64,000 bases of DNA, from positions 190,402,001-190,466,000 of the forward strand of contig NC_042998.1 of assembly GCF_006345805.1 (NCBI RefSeq), given 5' to 3'. Of this stretch, positions 63,333 through 64,000 are shown piece by piece (within the stretch, counting starts at the first letter, position 1; the number at the start of each line of letters is the position of its first letter). The position numbers and the translations under genes were made by a program. The notes under the pieces are model-generated. The model was given only the letters and a program-made list of their open reading frames with translations. It searched no databases and was not told the origin of the DNA. The DNA comes from Octopus sinensis (Eukaryota).

Positions 63333-64000
63333 TATATATTATATATATATATATATATAAGAGGGTTACCATTACGTGGACACCCTAATGCTAGAAGTAG
63401 AACTGCTATGGTCTTACCTGTAAGAATTGTTCTCTAGAAAATTTAACAAACACCAGAAACGTAAGCGAGCAAGACAAATGAAAAGTAACAAAAATATAGA
63501 TTAATCATAAACAATGTTTCACTATTAACAAATTACGTAATTTTACTTACGTAATTGATCTGTAGATCTTCAGTATGGTCGTCCATACAGATATAATTTG
63601 AAGAACTACACACCATACATCCGCACGAGGTCGAACATGTTTGTAGTTTTACCTATTACACTTGTGGTTATTTTTCAAAAGTCCTCGTTTTGGCGCGCTA
63701 AATTACCGGAAATAATACTGCATAAAATAATTTACTGCAGTAGTTTTTGCCGGTTTGAGAACGTATTAATTTAAAATTAATATATATATATATATATATC
63801 TTTTATATGAATGGCAATTTCTGTCTGTCACCATATTACTGCGTAAACCAGCGAACCAATATTCACCAAACTTTGCATACGTGTTACACTAACATTCAGT
63901 TCAATAATAGGCTAATTGGATTTCAATAAAAATCTATAATATGCCCCTTAGTGGGGTTGGGTGAATTATATGATAAAAAGTATTAGTCTGAGATAACAGA

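Overview
AT-rich, repeat-dense eukaryotic DNA. The SINE, LINE and microsatellite content suggests an octopus or other coleoid cephalopod (inference; no database search was possible). One host gene is supported: a + strand heat-shock-factor gene of the HSF5/HSFY type. It has five phase-compatible coding exons (28889-29638, 34112-34316, 37394-37535, 44955-45024, 57914-58474; 575 aa), and its DNA-binding domain carries two very large insertions. The rest is transposable-element debris: four co-oriented CR1 LINE segments (15.0-27.4 kb), many RTE LINE fragments with (GAT)n tails, at least three tRNA-derived SINE families, Helitrons, two mariner relics, and Merlin-like, Tc2-like and hAT MITEs, plus long (TA)n-type microsatellites. 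The best leads are: (i) several minimal type-I hammerhead-ribozyme motifs of the Penelope type, one with an apparently swapped G3:C8 core pair; (ii) a 3' stem-loop shared with compensatory changes by the CR1 LINEs and the commonest SINE, implying a SINE/LINE partnership; (iii) repeated LINE insertion into (TA)n tracts; (iv) a MITE carrying telomeric repeats. All coordinates were read by eye, and repeat boundaries may be off by a few bases.
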